Positions 30,601-38,431 of a stretch of 64,000 nt of DNA are shown piece after piece. This stretch comes from a virus (taxonomy: Duplodnaviria > Caudoviricetes): IMG/VR virus record IMGVR_UViG_3300043447_000710, positions 64,001 through 128,000 of that record; one strand, written 5' to 3'. A program made the position numbers and the translations under genes. The notes beneath the pieces are model-generated. The model was given only the letters and a program-made list of their open reading frames with translations. It was not told the origin of the DNA and made no database searches. The first letter of the stretch is position 1, and the number at the start of each line of letters is the position of its first letter.

Positions 30601-33600
30601 TAGCTGTTAAATCAGGAGAAAAGATTAGAGCTGGACTTAGCGCGGCTAAGAGTTGGTTGAGCCATAGCAAATTTACAAAATGGGGAGTATCAGGCAGTGC
30701 CGGTTTAGCGACAAAAGGGATTAAAGCTGTAAGTTGGGCACTGTCAAAACTTGCCAAGCCGCTAATAGGTCTACTTACCACACCAAGAATCTCTGGAGTT
30801 GTCAATAGACTAGCCACTGAAACTATTAGTAGAGTTTCTCAGTATAGTAAATGGCAAAGACTGTATGCTGCTTGGAATAAAGCTGGGTTTAAAGGTATCG
30901 ACGCAGTTACCGGGCTTACTAGTAAGTATGCTTCTGCAACTATCGCGCGCAGACTTAAACTCGATCGAACTACAGTTTTAGGTTTAAAAATCGCTAGTCT
31001 TCCTCAGCGCGGATTTAATTTAGCTCATAACTTGATACGCAGGTTAGACATGGTTAGGACTAGCTTTGTCGCCAGCATTGAAGATTACGGTCTTAATAAA
31101 CTAGCTAATTATAGACCAGCTACTTCAAAACCGTGGCTGACAGCAGCGATCTCTAAGGCCGGCAATTTTGTTAGATGGTTCGACAGATATCAGCTCCCAG
31201 CAAATCAGATAACTACGGCTACGGCTGCTACTTCTATAGCTAGCCAGAGTACTACTGTAGTCGCCTCCAAATCATCTTGGCTGATTAATAGTGGCAAAGC
31301 TTTAATGCCAGTCTTTAAAACCGTTTTTGGTTTAGCTGCTATTGCTGCTATCTATCAAACTCAAGGCCCGCAAACTGCAGCAGTTACAGCTTTTGTTGGC
31401 GGGATAATTTACGGCGCTGCAAAACTCAGTAAGGGAACTATAGTTGGCAAAGCTATTGGAGCGCAAGTTTTAAAAGAAGGTGCCTTTGGTTCCTTACTTA
31501 AAGGTGTTAGCGTTGGTATAGACACTAGCGAGATAGTCAAAGCTTCTCTAACCTTAGCGATCTCACCTTCTCGTAAACTATCTCGTCCGTTATTACAAAT
31601 TGCTTACAATCAAGGTAGTTCTGGCACGGCTGGCTTGATGACTACTTTTACTTACATACCCAGATTTGGTATCGTTGGAGGCTTGACAGCAGGCTTTACT
31701 AGCAGCGTAGTAATGGGTGCGGTTTCAGAACGGCAAGCAGATTACCGCTACGAACAGTTGCGCCAAGGGGAAATTACTAGCCTTTTGCCCTACGCGAGCA
31801 GAGATATTTTACGCCCAGCTATCGAACAGACTTTATTGATTAATAGCTTGGGTACTCTTTACGAAGCCGCTTGGAAAACAAAACGCGGACAAAAGCTTAG
31901 CGCCGCTATTAATAAGATCAAACCAATAGGAGCTTGGCAGCGGCTAGTTGATAGATTTCATTTTAGCTTTGTTAAGACAATCGCTCAAAGAGCGCAGCGC
32001 GCTTTCGGCGACGGTTGGCGCAAAACTACAGACGCTCTGTTTAAAGCCGCAGAAAAAGTAGGGCCTTGGCTAAGCAAAGTCGCAGGTAAGATTTTAACAG
32101 TCCTTCGAGTCGGCGAGATAGCTTACGGTACGCATCAAATATTTAGCGCTCGTAATTCTAAAGAGCGTAAAGAAGGTTATAAGTTATTAGGTGGAGCGTT
32201 AGGTTCGCTAGCCCTTGGTGCTGTAGTAGGCGTTCTTACCGCGCCGGCAGAAGGCGCCCCAGGTGTAGGTACTGCGTTCCATATCGGAGCTACAATAGCC
32301 GCTTCAATGCTCGGTAATACGATAGGAGAAGCTACAGGCGGTTGGATCGCAGATAGTCACGAGACATTATCTAAAGCTGGAGGCTGGGCTACAAAAGGCA
32401 TAACAGAATTTCTCTTTGGAGCACCAGCCCAAGCAGCAGATTTGTACGCGACCAAGCCCGATCGATCGAACTCTAGAGCATGGTATGAAACAGCTATAGA
32501 TATTACAGGCTCTACAATCGAACGCGCAAATCTAGGTATAAAAGCTAAAGTCGATAATCTAGGTTCTCATCTAAGAAGATTTTGGCGCAGCTCTAAATTA
32601 GCCTGGGGTAGATTTAATAGAGAAGTAAAAGATAGATTTATTACAGGGTATAAAAAAGCTAAAGCTTTAGCCACTACTACAGTAGATAACTTACAAAATA
32701 CTTTTTTAGGTAGCGGAGGATCTGTTACCGAAGTAACAGCATCTACTTACACTCCTGGTGGCGGAGGTATGGAAGGTAAGGAGATAGACGCTCGTGGGCG
32801 AAAACTTACCCGTCATGATTATGCAGTTGCGATACCAGCTCAGAACTTGGTCAAGGATCAAATACCTTACGGGTCTATAGTAGAAATTATTTATAAGGGT
32901 AAGACAGTTAAAGCAACAGTTACAGATGGCGGTCCTTACGTACCCGGTCGGCAGTTAGACATTACTCAAGCTGCTGCTAGAGCGATCGGTTTTAATGGCG
33001 TCGATAAAGTAGGAGTTAGATTGGTAAGTATACCTAAGGGAGCCGATCCTAACAAGACTTATTACTTTGGGGAGGCTACATACCGGCCTAAGTTTGGGCC
33101 CAATAACGGCATTTCTATTAGTGAAGCTAATAAAGCCGTGGCTTCTGTAGTACAAGGATCTAAAACCTTAAGATTGAATTCTAGTGGAAACCAAGGATTT
33201 GCTTCGATAAGAAATGGCTCTACTTTACTTAATAGTACTAGAGCTATTTATATTTCAGCAGGCCACTTAGCAGATGCGAGTACTGGTGAAGGCGGCGCTG
33301 TTAACGGTATTAGTTCGACGGTTACCTATACAGATAGAACCGGTAGATCTAGAAAAGTAAATGGAGTAACGGCAGAAGGTGTCGCTAACTTAGCTGTGGC
33401 CGAACGTTTGATTGAAGTAGGAAGAAGTCGAGGATTTAACTTAGTTTCTGGCTTGCCTAGCGAGAGTGGTTTAGGAACTCATCTACGAACTTTAGGCAGC
33501 ATTAGATCTCAAGGCAATGAAGTTCTAGAAATTCATTTTGACGACAGGGATAACGGCAGACCAGGACTGATTGCTAGTCCTAGCAATACTCAATTAGAAC

Positions 33601-34781
33601 GAGACCTAGCTAAAGTTTATGGTTATTACGCAAACAGCTCTAAGTTTGGAGCACCTAAAAGCCAAGGAGGTATGTCGAGATTTGCTGGCGGTCTTGGCAG
33701 CTATAAGGCTAACGTACCGCTTTTAGAAATAGGTAGGTTGAATTACAAAGACAAATTTGGAAGCTTAGTAATGAAGTATCAGCAAGCGTTAGCTACTGGA
33801 GACTCTGCTAAGATTTCAGCAGCTAAGCAAGCAATGAACGCTGAGATAGACGCCAGAATATTACCTGGACTTCTCAAAGGTTTAGGTTCTAACGAATCCA
33901 GATCTGTGAATACTTCTGTACCTTCTGAGTTAGTTAAACCAGTAGCCAAGCTGCCTGTAGGTGCTGGTAGTAACATCCCTAGTTTTATGCAGCCAATAAT
34001 CTCTGGAAAGGTAGTAGTTAGTAGAACCAATCAAACAGATGGGAATGGTTTAGAAAAATTGCAAATAACTACTTATGACAAATCTGGTAGAGCTGTATTT
34101 ACTGGTTTTGTAAATTCTGGTAGAAGCGATCGCCAAGTCTTTAAGGGCAGCGGCCAAAGTCAAGCAGGTTCGCAAATGCCGTTGGAGTACGGTACTTATA
34201 ATATAGGTAAGGAAACGGCTGGCTTAAGTAAGTCAGTAGGTAAAACTTTCGTACCGATAACTCCGCAGTTTGCAAGTCAGCGCACGGCTCTAGGAATACA
34301 TCTAGACGCAGATCGTCAGCTTAAGCCAGGAACTGAAGGCTGCTTGGCTTTTGCGAACCAAGCAGACCTCGACGCTTTCAGAAAATCTCTAGCAAGCACT
34401 GGTGTAAGACAACTAATCTTTAAAGACGTACTGGAACGCTCTTACGAACGGATCTCTCAACAGCAGGTAAATAAAGCTGTTGCTAATGGTAACGGCAAGT
34501 TAAGAGAACCGTTTAAACCCGTTCGTAATCGTTCTAAGGCTAGCTCTAAAAGCAAGGCTACTGTCGTAGTTTCTGTAGGTAAGAAACGTTCGGCAGTTCC
34601 ACTACCAGCAGATAAACCAAGACAAGCTTCAGCTACTCAAATTAAAGCTTCTGTTTCGATAGACAACGGAGAGCTATTAGCTACTGCGAAGTTAGACATA
34701 CATCCTGATGCCGCTCTAATTAACGTTAATCAACCGGCAAGCTATAGAACTATCGGCGATTACACCGTACCTTTAGCTTGA
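21684..34781 (+). CDS. Giant tape-measure-like / ejected virion protein with tandem PLD motifs, RlpA-like, amidase_3 and L,D-transpeptidase-like domains
   Basis: HFK...TGN and HQK...GSDN; long Ala/Gly/Leu-rich core; TASTY...DGGPY...LDITQAAA; ISAGH...E...LEIHFD...LLEIG; GIHLD...GTEGC. Confidence 0.8.
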   Translation: MSSLDYGTSLSQSKEGSISYFGYREYGAANDEFVTTGKLVGATLYSVPTNRYIAPLEKAQFVGINTEGGQLSRLNKVSGAVSSYGEERRLHFKSYTRVNERGDLEAFLPTGNLSKNTAGDEGTFFSNILSNLGLGQPQQDNTGVLLTGRLASKFLEFQRSVVKGEMPQGLKLNDEYSLIRGEVTAATLIEAIGRTGKDDRIQLTSPFLNNATLLEATIAAKKRGANISVTMAPGYNSTVERERTKERLAKEGINVYTSTDNRLVHQKNFAISGPKIKLAGTGSDNLSNSSASNKTLEYMLVAEGNSKLLSNLLQESEDLSKQLQKVEANRSAYEDGEFAYLYNTTYSTSGSRSGSSSGSSSVNGGFVKPTKLNTSYFTRHLRNRQNKYEGFTNTYEAITGIYAPGAVSSFDDSLGTASLGHKLNYLLGIQLYRDGAGVLGSAVTAIGKLLDTATGHYAFRDDMQRRKQKRGSISKFQTIVDESWQSNEEYQGGPIEKTIDTFYQATRGLFTGAVAFSGVFAIQSIATIYLEEGAKRLLEPNAKPTALQQVVIQGYLSPIGRTVLNTAKSLMQANDKLSSQDAYIAAMTKHQVLNANEMLGSGGSAPGIINRFRQTTASFMEYVLPSVIRMVVPEAKQSQALEAGKALVDALGRPISLSTQGLQNLQAERNLNIGKALESLSTYVPLEMHMWIPSIRAVLDPTSVNNAPSLGSTLGVGTPNLPSLSQAIGRGLIGNTISGFLGIANKLENLIVNPDKELLRLQAAYKSSHRSLALDIAVAKQLETSTQDNALANRVRSFLHQQSQTSKLLSTFSNEAASISASSGNGVSVNLPKSFSIKRIAIGLGSLFLADAILDEALLKNQGSDLFQQLALIRTTRTHEGNITQIELTPTLPGALSLGVAGLAGLSGGYTFPTIYSVSRHDSPTLARLATATTPKLQELAQEVSEYRGTRARFNFKAAVATSIMALAATKAAFAVGTSLLDTVFPTKGVKLDAESETLTSVLLGILNKTQSSNYSKDSEETIVSQSANLRSLLIRETLKSAVDLHLRSATRRDTLATNSSNYTIAAQPTNLGFMQLAIVQRTDAAKQRTSYSFGVQLFALAGTGMSPVLPIGIGTRLPNEWKQAYLQRLNRNSAHPNSLPDSMGEALLTPFGFLTYDPNSHVSKSLMAIGSLTYLQSALTYTDDKLAKYGTPLANKSKNQLDLDDFRKVAKLGLHLTEAALRYGLALSDFLPKMAISGLRAGLKDIPSPKDIGVLRVLGRSIYRHRYGILGYAIGVAMTDPTLGVESVDETDSRVLQHPFATGGARFTAAASAAVFGSLLADDLGLTGTRPNSLTARILPKIFSYQQTLNSVEATALQKSAAKVGVIAAGLFAVNITASAISRTIGQIGGEAGLEAAYQTVGLLRLLSGVSASEYRQRKGNVLGDLIGDVITKIPFIGQPLADLTGFYSKPPNPYLPVFGTPFGFSYGEDGNSRAYAQSQSGTIDLSASAYSKGKGDESKSLLQLFQNLERANLENVTNPDALAYALLLGGAPRTKRIKVSQLSRYGTSTLRSSGLQRALRLRQALTENLINQRPGEYLLKEIYSQHKVGLANIWNGSGYDRVTSVLGMNWGQQMNFVPVVSKTLGAKTSYEVFAASIEGETASARVQEITNPWHSLQGMYDSYTPSNKKDSPNAIGVGILSAVGTGLSIVVAASTTVGLLETVGAVETVKYGRSLNRIQSQRLESVDAFLTRNRLDIRADVNNFDKAVASNKYDRSGSGFTRAFDLKSQRLNVKQLQQAYKQTLNRIETYFKTDPSDLLYAAKLNGATVNAFDELLTGNYQSGKEILHSKFLKLIAADSVSAKNSGILNVPVGNTNYRSLFLDIDKSMSATAYAQSFLSVEIYDVLEQKARELNLRKDLSAFQKRELLLAAKNKLEMTLLERHVLGMPTNSLVEADLVPEIAPRGSGFSSTLKRAASGGGLLLSGYMGVGKPAYALAESTTILLSSDRRLHKYAARKFYDTSLELGLSLATQKVISKAFGGKMFSLGTLAATIGVSLGANILFDRIKQAAWGKGIARGEEWVARLASKGIATVADIVSYLPGISHLGSFFADTVFKPTGLKIAGAYNAASNKSLADGIIAELLLPESIYKRNNFIPKGSRWGTQYISSPWVTTDLTAYYQAQRNSEVKATMYATPVNLGVNDYLASDIQSSDYYQNVLYERWFKQRIDGTPSPLTNFAIHQHNQISEGTLRGLQNRASLKGYYQYGKDFRKAASPYYDYVSQALFGTGTTNELLRIATHANASSARVLADSYAGIDKYAIDPAQRVVKGLGRRAIGGYLIAISKIPARTPSRVKSLLSLPSNVISRLGSWLGNTLGGVKTVSSVVAGTTVVTVRDLTAQATADIETKLAKSTVYLERNIAPTAAYIGIKALQATAFVLGSASRLALTGLSKIPTKDLPTLPEYNRPRVNFNVPVAWTKDNTRLINTASATWKTFSGHLPLWLDLASLLPSTLSLQSLGNPNQTKMEVLATYERQGATVAGTLSGLALAATRANLLTSVVAALATSYVGGRLARAAGSSDYDKNETTYQTLLTVTGYLTMGLSAAQSLWAFHRRLATYDNHVEIITDSDGNKTASVNFDEKMLKRQGYLQTRRQKLITSPNSSYKNQQLARIDRELMQIHYEKAHEFAHNEQFQDGQFKSIPLQDPVSARVEQRLRRLATLSAQERLYQEPFLNENNYNEIYEREYEAQRRAYANVEQRIKAGDYNLATPERYLEHYLDLTERQLTRARGFERNPTPAVTNADPITKLYSPLSNQVSQVHTGVNSSHFEKFGRLISSGATSSDRLLSGAQTLIALPVAIAESSSDRESLQLITASYYGRANLRQVKTGLQNRAKEKVRYQTSNVTGWVLGVTAKSAVTKLGITLYSSLGAFGGSVPFTELPLMPTFLGDTISNFYTDYQVQRLRNGNAALDIGTLPSGSLSMLRQHYIDTALAVKSGEKIRAGLSAAKSWLSHSKFTKWGVSGSAGLATKGIKAVSWALSKLAKPLIGLLTTPRISGVVNRLATETISRVSQYSKWQRLYAAWNKAGFKGIDAVTGLTSKYASATIARRLKLDRTTVLGLKIASLPQRGFNLAHNLIRRLDMVRTSFVASIEDYGLNKLANYRPATSKPWLTAAISKAGNFVRWFDRYQLPANQITTATAATSIASQSTTVVASKSSWLINSGKALMPVFKTVFGLAAIAAIYQTQGPQTAAVTAFVGGIIYGAAKLSKGTIVGKAIGAQVLKEGAFGSLLKGVSVGIDTSEIVKASLTLAISPSRKLSRPLLQIAYNQGSSGTAGLMTTFTYIPRFGIVGGLTAGFTSSVVMGAVSERQADYRYEQLRQGEITSLLPYASRDILRPAIEQTLLINSLGTLYEAAWKTKRGQKLSAAINKIKPIGAWQRLVDRFHFSFVKTIAQRAQRAFGDGWRKTTDALFKAAEKVGPWLSKVAGKILTVLRVGEIAYGTHQIFSARNSKERKEGYKLLGGALGSLALGAVVGVLTAPAEGAPGVGTAFHIGATIAASMLGNTIGEATGGWIADSHETLSKAGGWATKGITEFLFGAPAQAADLYATKPDRSNSRAWYETAIDITGSTIERANLGIKAKVDNLGSHLRRFWRSSKLAWGRFNREVKDRFITGYKKAKALATTTVDNLQNTFLGSGGSVTEVTASTYTPGGGGMEGKEIDARGRKLTRHDYAVAIPAQNLVKDQIPYGSIVEIIYKGKTVKATVTDGGPYVPGRQLDITQAAARAIGFNGVDKVGVRLVSIPKGADPNKTYYFGEATYRPKFGPNNGISISEANKAVASVVQGSKTLRLNSSGNQGFASIRNGSTLLNSTRAIYISAGHLADASTGEGGAVNGISSTVTYTDRTGRSRKVNGVTAEGVANLAVAERLIEVGRSRGFNLVSGLPSESGLGTHLRTLGSIRSQGNEVLEIHFDDRDNGRPGLIASPSNTQLERDLAKVYGYYANSSKFGAPKSQGGMSRFAGGLGSYKANVPLLEIGRLNYKDKFGSLVMKYQQALATGDSAKISAAKQAMNAEIDARILPGLLKGLGSNESRSVNTSVPSELVKPVAKLPVGAGSNIPSFMQPIISGKVVVSRTNQTDGNGLEKLQITTYDKSGRAVFTGFVNSGRSDRQVFKGSGQSQAGSQMPLEYGTYNIGKETAGLSKSVGKTFVPITPQFASQRTALGIHLDADRQLKPGTEGCLAFANQADLDAFRKSLASTGVRQLIFKDVLERSYERISQQQVNKAVANGNGKLREPFKPVRNRSKASSKSKATVVVSVGKKRSAVPLPADKPRQASATQIKASVSIDNGELLATAKLDIHPDAALINVNQPASYRTIGDYTVPLA

Positions 34782-34957
34782 ACGTTACCTTCGGCTTTTA
34801 ATCTGTCAAAAGCAGCGTCTTCAACAAAAGTTTTAAGTTTTAAAGCAGCTTGTGTTTCGTTATCGCCTTCTTCAAGCTCCACACTCGCCTCAAATTTACC
34901 TGAGTTAAAATTACCCAGGTTTACGGTACGGGAATAGGTTAGGGTTTTAAATTGCAT
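34760..34957 (-). CDS. Small conserved phage protein
   Basis: YSRTVNLGNFNS motif. Confidence 0.65.
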   Translation of the reverse strand: MQFKTLTYSRTVNLGNFNSGKFEASVELEEGDNETQAALKLKTFVEDAAFDRLKAEGNVQAKGTV

Positions 34958-35006
34958 AGTGTCAAAATGTAGTAATGTTGAATTGAAAAAAAAGCTATTT
35001 ATCGCC

Positions 35007-36011
35007 CTAGCTTAAAAGCAGCTTAAGAGCGCGGGCGTGTAAATCGTTATCTTTAACAAACCATAACGACCGAACTTGAAGTTCTAGCTTACTTTGAAAT
35101 TTAGACTTAACTCTGCGACGTTCTAATGTATCAAAGGTACAGTAAGCACAAATAGCCTTGTACAAATCCCAGGCAGTTGGGTGCACTTTACCATACAAAG
35201 CAAGTCGAGCTTTGATTCTAACAACTTCAGGCAACTCATCTACAGTCCAGCGTTGCTCGCCATTGACTTTCAAAGCTTGAAGCTTACGTTCGAATAGAGT
35301 AGAAAATAACCAGTCCAAGTTAGTTGGAGTCAGAACGATTGACATTAACTTTTCGTAATCTGCTGCATCAGACTGCAAGCCTTCTTTAGCTTTTTCCACT
35401 TCCTTCTGCGTTTTAATTAATTTGTCCTTAACAGATTTAGTCTGTCTAATTTTTATAAACCTTAGCGAAAGAGGATTGAGAGAAGCAAGAATCGACTGTT
35501 CGCTAGCTAGCGTATTTAAAACGATAGTTTCTGCAGAACGATCCGTATTGTGACAAAGAGTTAATAAGACGCGCTGTTCTAAACGATCGCCGTCGCTAAG
35601 AATTATTTCAGCACTATCTGTAAGCCGACAAATCAACCACACTATTCGGCCTTTTGCAAACATTCCTGCCGATTCAATATAAGCGACACCTTCTTCAAGG
35701 TACGGTTGAAACCCTTTAAAGGCTTCATGATTTTGAACTAAAGTAAACCCCTCACCGACGTCGCCTAAGTAGTCGTTGGTGTCAGCGCGGTGAATTGCGT
35801 ACTTGCGCGTGTCTGTAAACTCACTAAGAATTCCTGTCAACGGATCTGTAATCCAAGAATGTAATGGTGTTTTGTATACTTCCCACGCTGCTCCCGCTAA
35901 GGCTAAAGCTTCAATTGGATCGGTAATATTCGCATCCACTACAGTTGCCAAGTCATCCCAAATAGGTCTGGCTCCTTCACGGACAAAGCAAGCTCGGTCT
36001 AATAACTGCAT
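35007..36011 (-). CDS. DUF932 / phage-plasmid TIGR03299-like protein
   Basis: LGDVGEGFTLVQNHEAF, ESAGMFAKGRIVW, TAWDLY. Confidence 0.8.
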   Translation of the reverse strand: MQLLDRACFVREGARPIWDDLATVVDANITDPIEALALAGAAWEVYKTPLHSWITDPLTGILSEFTDTRKYAIHRADTNDYLGDVGEGFTLVQNHEAFKGFQPYLEEGVAYIESAGMFAKGRIVWLICRLTDSAEIILSDGDRLEQRVLLTLCHNTDRSAETIVLNTLASEQSILASLNPLSLRFIKIRQTKSVKDKLIKTQKEVEKAKEGLQSDAADYEKLMSIVLTPTNLDWLFSTLFERKLQALKVNGEQRWTVDELPEVVRIKARLALYGKVHPTAWDLYKAICAYCTFDTLERRRVKSKFQSKLELQVRSLWFVKDNDLHARALKLLLS

Positions 36012-36113
36012 AATTTTCCTTTTGAAATAGTAATAATTGTCGATCGACAGTTGAAAAGCTGCACTCTGGCTTACAACAAGTATTTAGCTGTACTTCTCGT
36101 TGCAGCAATAAAT

Positions 36114-37085
36114 TTACTCTTTGTAATTAAGTTGTCTAAAAACCCTTGAATTTTCATTAAAGTCTTTAATTTCAGCAGCTAAGCTTAATAAAGAAATCGG
36201 ATCGTCGCAACTAGAAAGATAGTTAGTAAACTCAAAACTTTTTAAGTTTTTATCGATAAAGGAACGTTCCTGAACCGGCTCTACTTCAAGATTTGTTTGT
36301 GTAATCCAACAGACTTTTCGTACTGTTTGCTTGAAATAAAGATAAGCCTCAACTTCGTCTACAGGTTGCCCAATCTTTTTACCTTTAGTAATAACATTTA
36401 GAAAAGATATGCCGTTATCGACGACAAAATCTGCAAAAGATTTAGTTAAGTTAGTTCTAACGCAAAAGCCTGTAGTGCTTTGATTAAAAGCTGCCAATAT
36501 TCCTAATTTGCTGTAGAAGTAAACGTTATCAACTAAATGAATTGCCCCTTCTACTTCTAAAAGATCGTTTAGAAAATCATGTGAAAAGCCATCATCTACA
36601 AACTCAAAGCCGTAAATTGCTAAAGTTGTTGCATAGCCATAGCGCACACACTTAAATACTTTGGCTTCTAGATCTAACTTTAAACTTCCAATTATTGCGG
36701 TGGACTTAGACAACGCTAGTCTATGCAAGACGTTTAATAGATATTGAAGCTGTGAAGTTTCATTTGGTTCGAACTTATCCCAATAAGTAGCTTCGTAAAA
36801 TAAGAAACATTCGTTGCTATATTCAGAAATATTGACAATACTTTTTATTTCATCACATACCGCTCCTAAGCAATAAGGAGAGATTTCTTTTAAGTTAATA
36901 CCTTCTAAATCGAAAGTATCTAAACACAATCCAAACCCTTTTAAGTAGCTTTCTAAAGCTTCAATTTGAAACTTCGGTAACTTACTTAAATACGTGAATT
37001 TAACTATCCCATTTCTGCAAGTAACTACATGCGGTAAAGCTAGCTCTTTTAAAGAACCTACAAACAGTTGTCTTAATAATTCCAA
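36114..37085 (-). CDS. Hypothetical protein (possible paralogue of 37135-38283)
   Basis: ORF track; shared motif pattern. Confidence 0.6.
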   Translation of the reverse strand: MELLRQLFVGSLKELALPHVVTCRNGIVKFTYLSKLPKFQIEALESYLKGFGLCLDTFDLEGINLKEISPYCLGAVCDEIKSIVNISEYSNECFLFYEATYWDKFEPNETSQLQYLLNVLHRLALSKSTAIIGSLKLDLEAKVFKCVRYGYATTLAIYGFEFVDDGFSHDFLNDLLEVEGAIHLVDNVYFYSKLGILAAFNQSTTGFCVRTNLTKSFADFVVDNGISFLNVITKGKKIGQPVDEVEAYLYFKQTVRKVCWITQTNLEVEPVQERSFIDKNLKSFEFTNYLSSCDDPISLLSLAAEIKDFNENSRVFRQLNYKE

Positions 37086-37134
37086 TTAACTTCTCCTAAG
37101 TAGTTTTGCTATCAATTTACGGATGAGAATTTTC

Positions 37135-38283
37135 TTACTCGTATAGAGAGTATTCGTTTAGATCCTTGTTTTTAAGCTGACTGTTAAAGAAGTTAATTTC
37201 TGCCCAGATAGCTGTCATTTCTGTAAGGTTAAAGTAGGAATCATACGCTGCTGCTAAAACATCGCGAAAGTAAAACTGCGGTCTCTGTTGCCAACTGGGT
37301 GCTTTTACTTTGGTTGAGATGCGCTTTAGACTAAAAGTCGTAAAAGCTTTAAAGGAACACAGCAAACCTCTATTTCTGTATCGTGCCAGCCAGCTCGCAG
37401 CTCGAAATTCTACTTCATTGCCAGAAAAATGAGTTTTAGATAGAGCTAAGGTTAGTAGATCGTCGATAACATAACGTTCCGACTGTAACAAGCTTGGGTG
37501 ATAAACCCAACAATCTATAGCGTCTACTTCAAAAGCGAGTTTTTCTAGATCTGTTTTACTCGCAGTTTTGAAGTTTTTGCGGGCGACGATTGCAAAGTCT
37601 GTAAACACATACATGTAGCCATCATACAAAAACGTTCCTATAGGCGTTAAAGCTAAGTTGTTATAATTTACAAAATCTCTATCGCTGGTAAGAACTGACG
37701 CAAAGTCCTGTGCGTGCAAGCTCAAGTGTTTGCTTCTACTGTCCAAAAACTCCAGACATTCGTAACCTAACGACATCCAAACTACACATCCGTGATGAGC
37801 TACGGTATTTCTAGGGCGCACTAAGCGCGTCAAATAAGTTAAGATGTGTCGAATTTTAAATTCGTGCTTTATCTGAAAGTCGTAATCTTTTGGAAATGAC
37901 GTTTTGTCGTTTAGCCATTGGCGCTCTTCGTTAAGTTCATCTAGATAACATTCAACGTCGCTGTTTGCATCTAACTCGGAGAGTGTCGCGCATATTCCGC
38001 CTAAGGTTGGTTCTAGTAAAAGCCCGCCTGTATTAGAGACGATTTTCCATCCATCTACTTCAAACTTGAGAATCTTAGTGGATGGTTCTAAAGTCTTAAA
38101 GTTAGCCAGCAGCCATGATTTAAGACTGTTATGTCTGAACGCTGGTAGCTCGGGGCTAGTATTTAGAGTATCTGTAGAAAATTCGTACTCTAGTTCGAAG
38201 GATTCACCCTCTATAAAACTTCTAAGACTGTGGATTACTAGACTTTTGTTTACGTCGTCGAAAAGGATTTGATTATTTAACAT
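37135..38283 (-). CDS. Hypothetical protein
   Basis: ORF track. Confidence 0.65.
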   Translation of the reverse strand: MLNNQILFDDVNKSLVIHSLRSFIEGESFELEYEFSTDTLNTSPELPAFRHNSLKSWLLANFKTLEPSTKILKFEVDGWKIVSNTGGLLLEPTLGGICATLSELDANSDVECYLDELNEERQWLNDKTSFPKDYDFQIKHEFKIRHILTYLTRLVRPRNTVAHHGCVVWMSLGYECLEFLDSRSKHLSLHAQDFASVLTSDRDFVNYNNLALTPIGTFLYDGYMYVFTDFAIVARKNFKTASKTDLEKLAFEVDAIDCWVYHPSLLQSERYVIDDLLTLALSKTHFSGNEVEFRAASWLARYRNRGLLCSFKAFTTFSLKRISTKVKAPSWQQRPQFYFRDVLAAAYDSYFNLTEMTAIWAEINFFNSQLKNKDLNEYSLYE

Positions 38284-38351
38284 TTTATTTAACGTAAAAG
38301 CTTTCGTGCCTGCAACGGTTTAACTGCAAGGGTTCTCAGAAATGAAGCGTC

Positions 38352-38396
38352 GGACTGAAAATCCTCGTGTCCGGAGTTCGAGTCTCCGTCCCGGCA
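38352..38396 (+). other. attP core = 3' half of tRNA-Phe(GAA)
   Basis: GGACTGAAAATCCTCGTGTCCGGAGTTCGAGTCTCCGTCCCGGCA (anticodon arm, T arm, 3' acceptor strand); no 5' half upstream; adjacent to the integrase. Confidence 0.88.
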
Positions 38397-38431
38397 TCAC
38401 GATTATAGTTAGATCTTAGAATTGCGTTAGG

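Noticed and set aside
38325-38400. Complete tRNA-Phe gene
   Set aside because: The 5' acceptor strand and D arm are absent; better explained as an attP core
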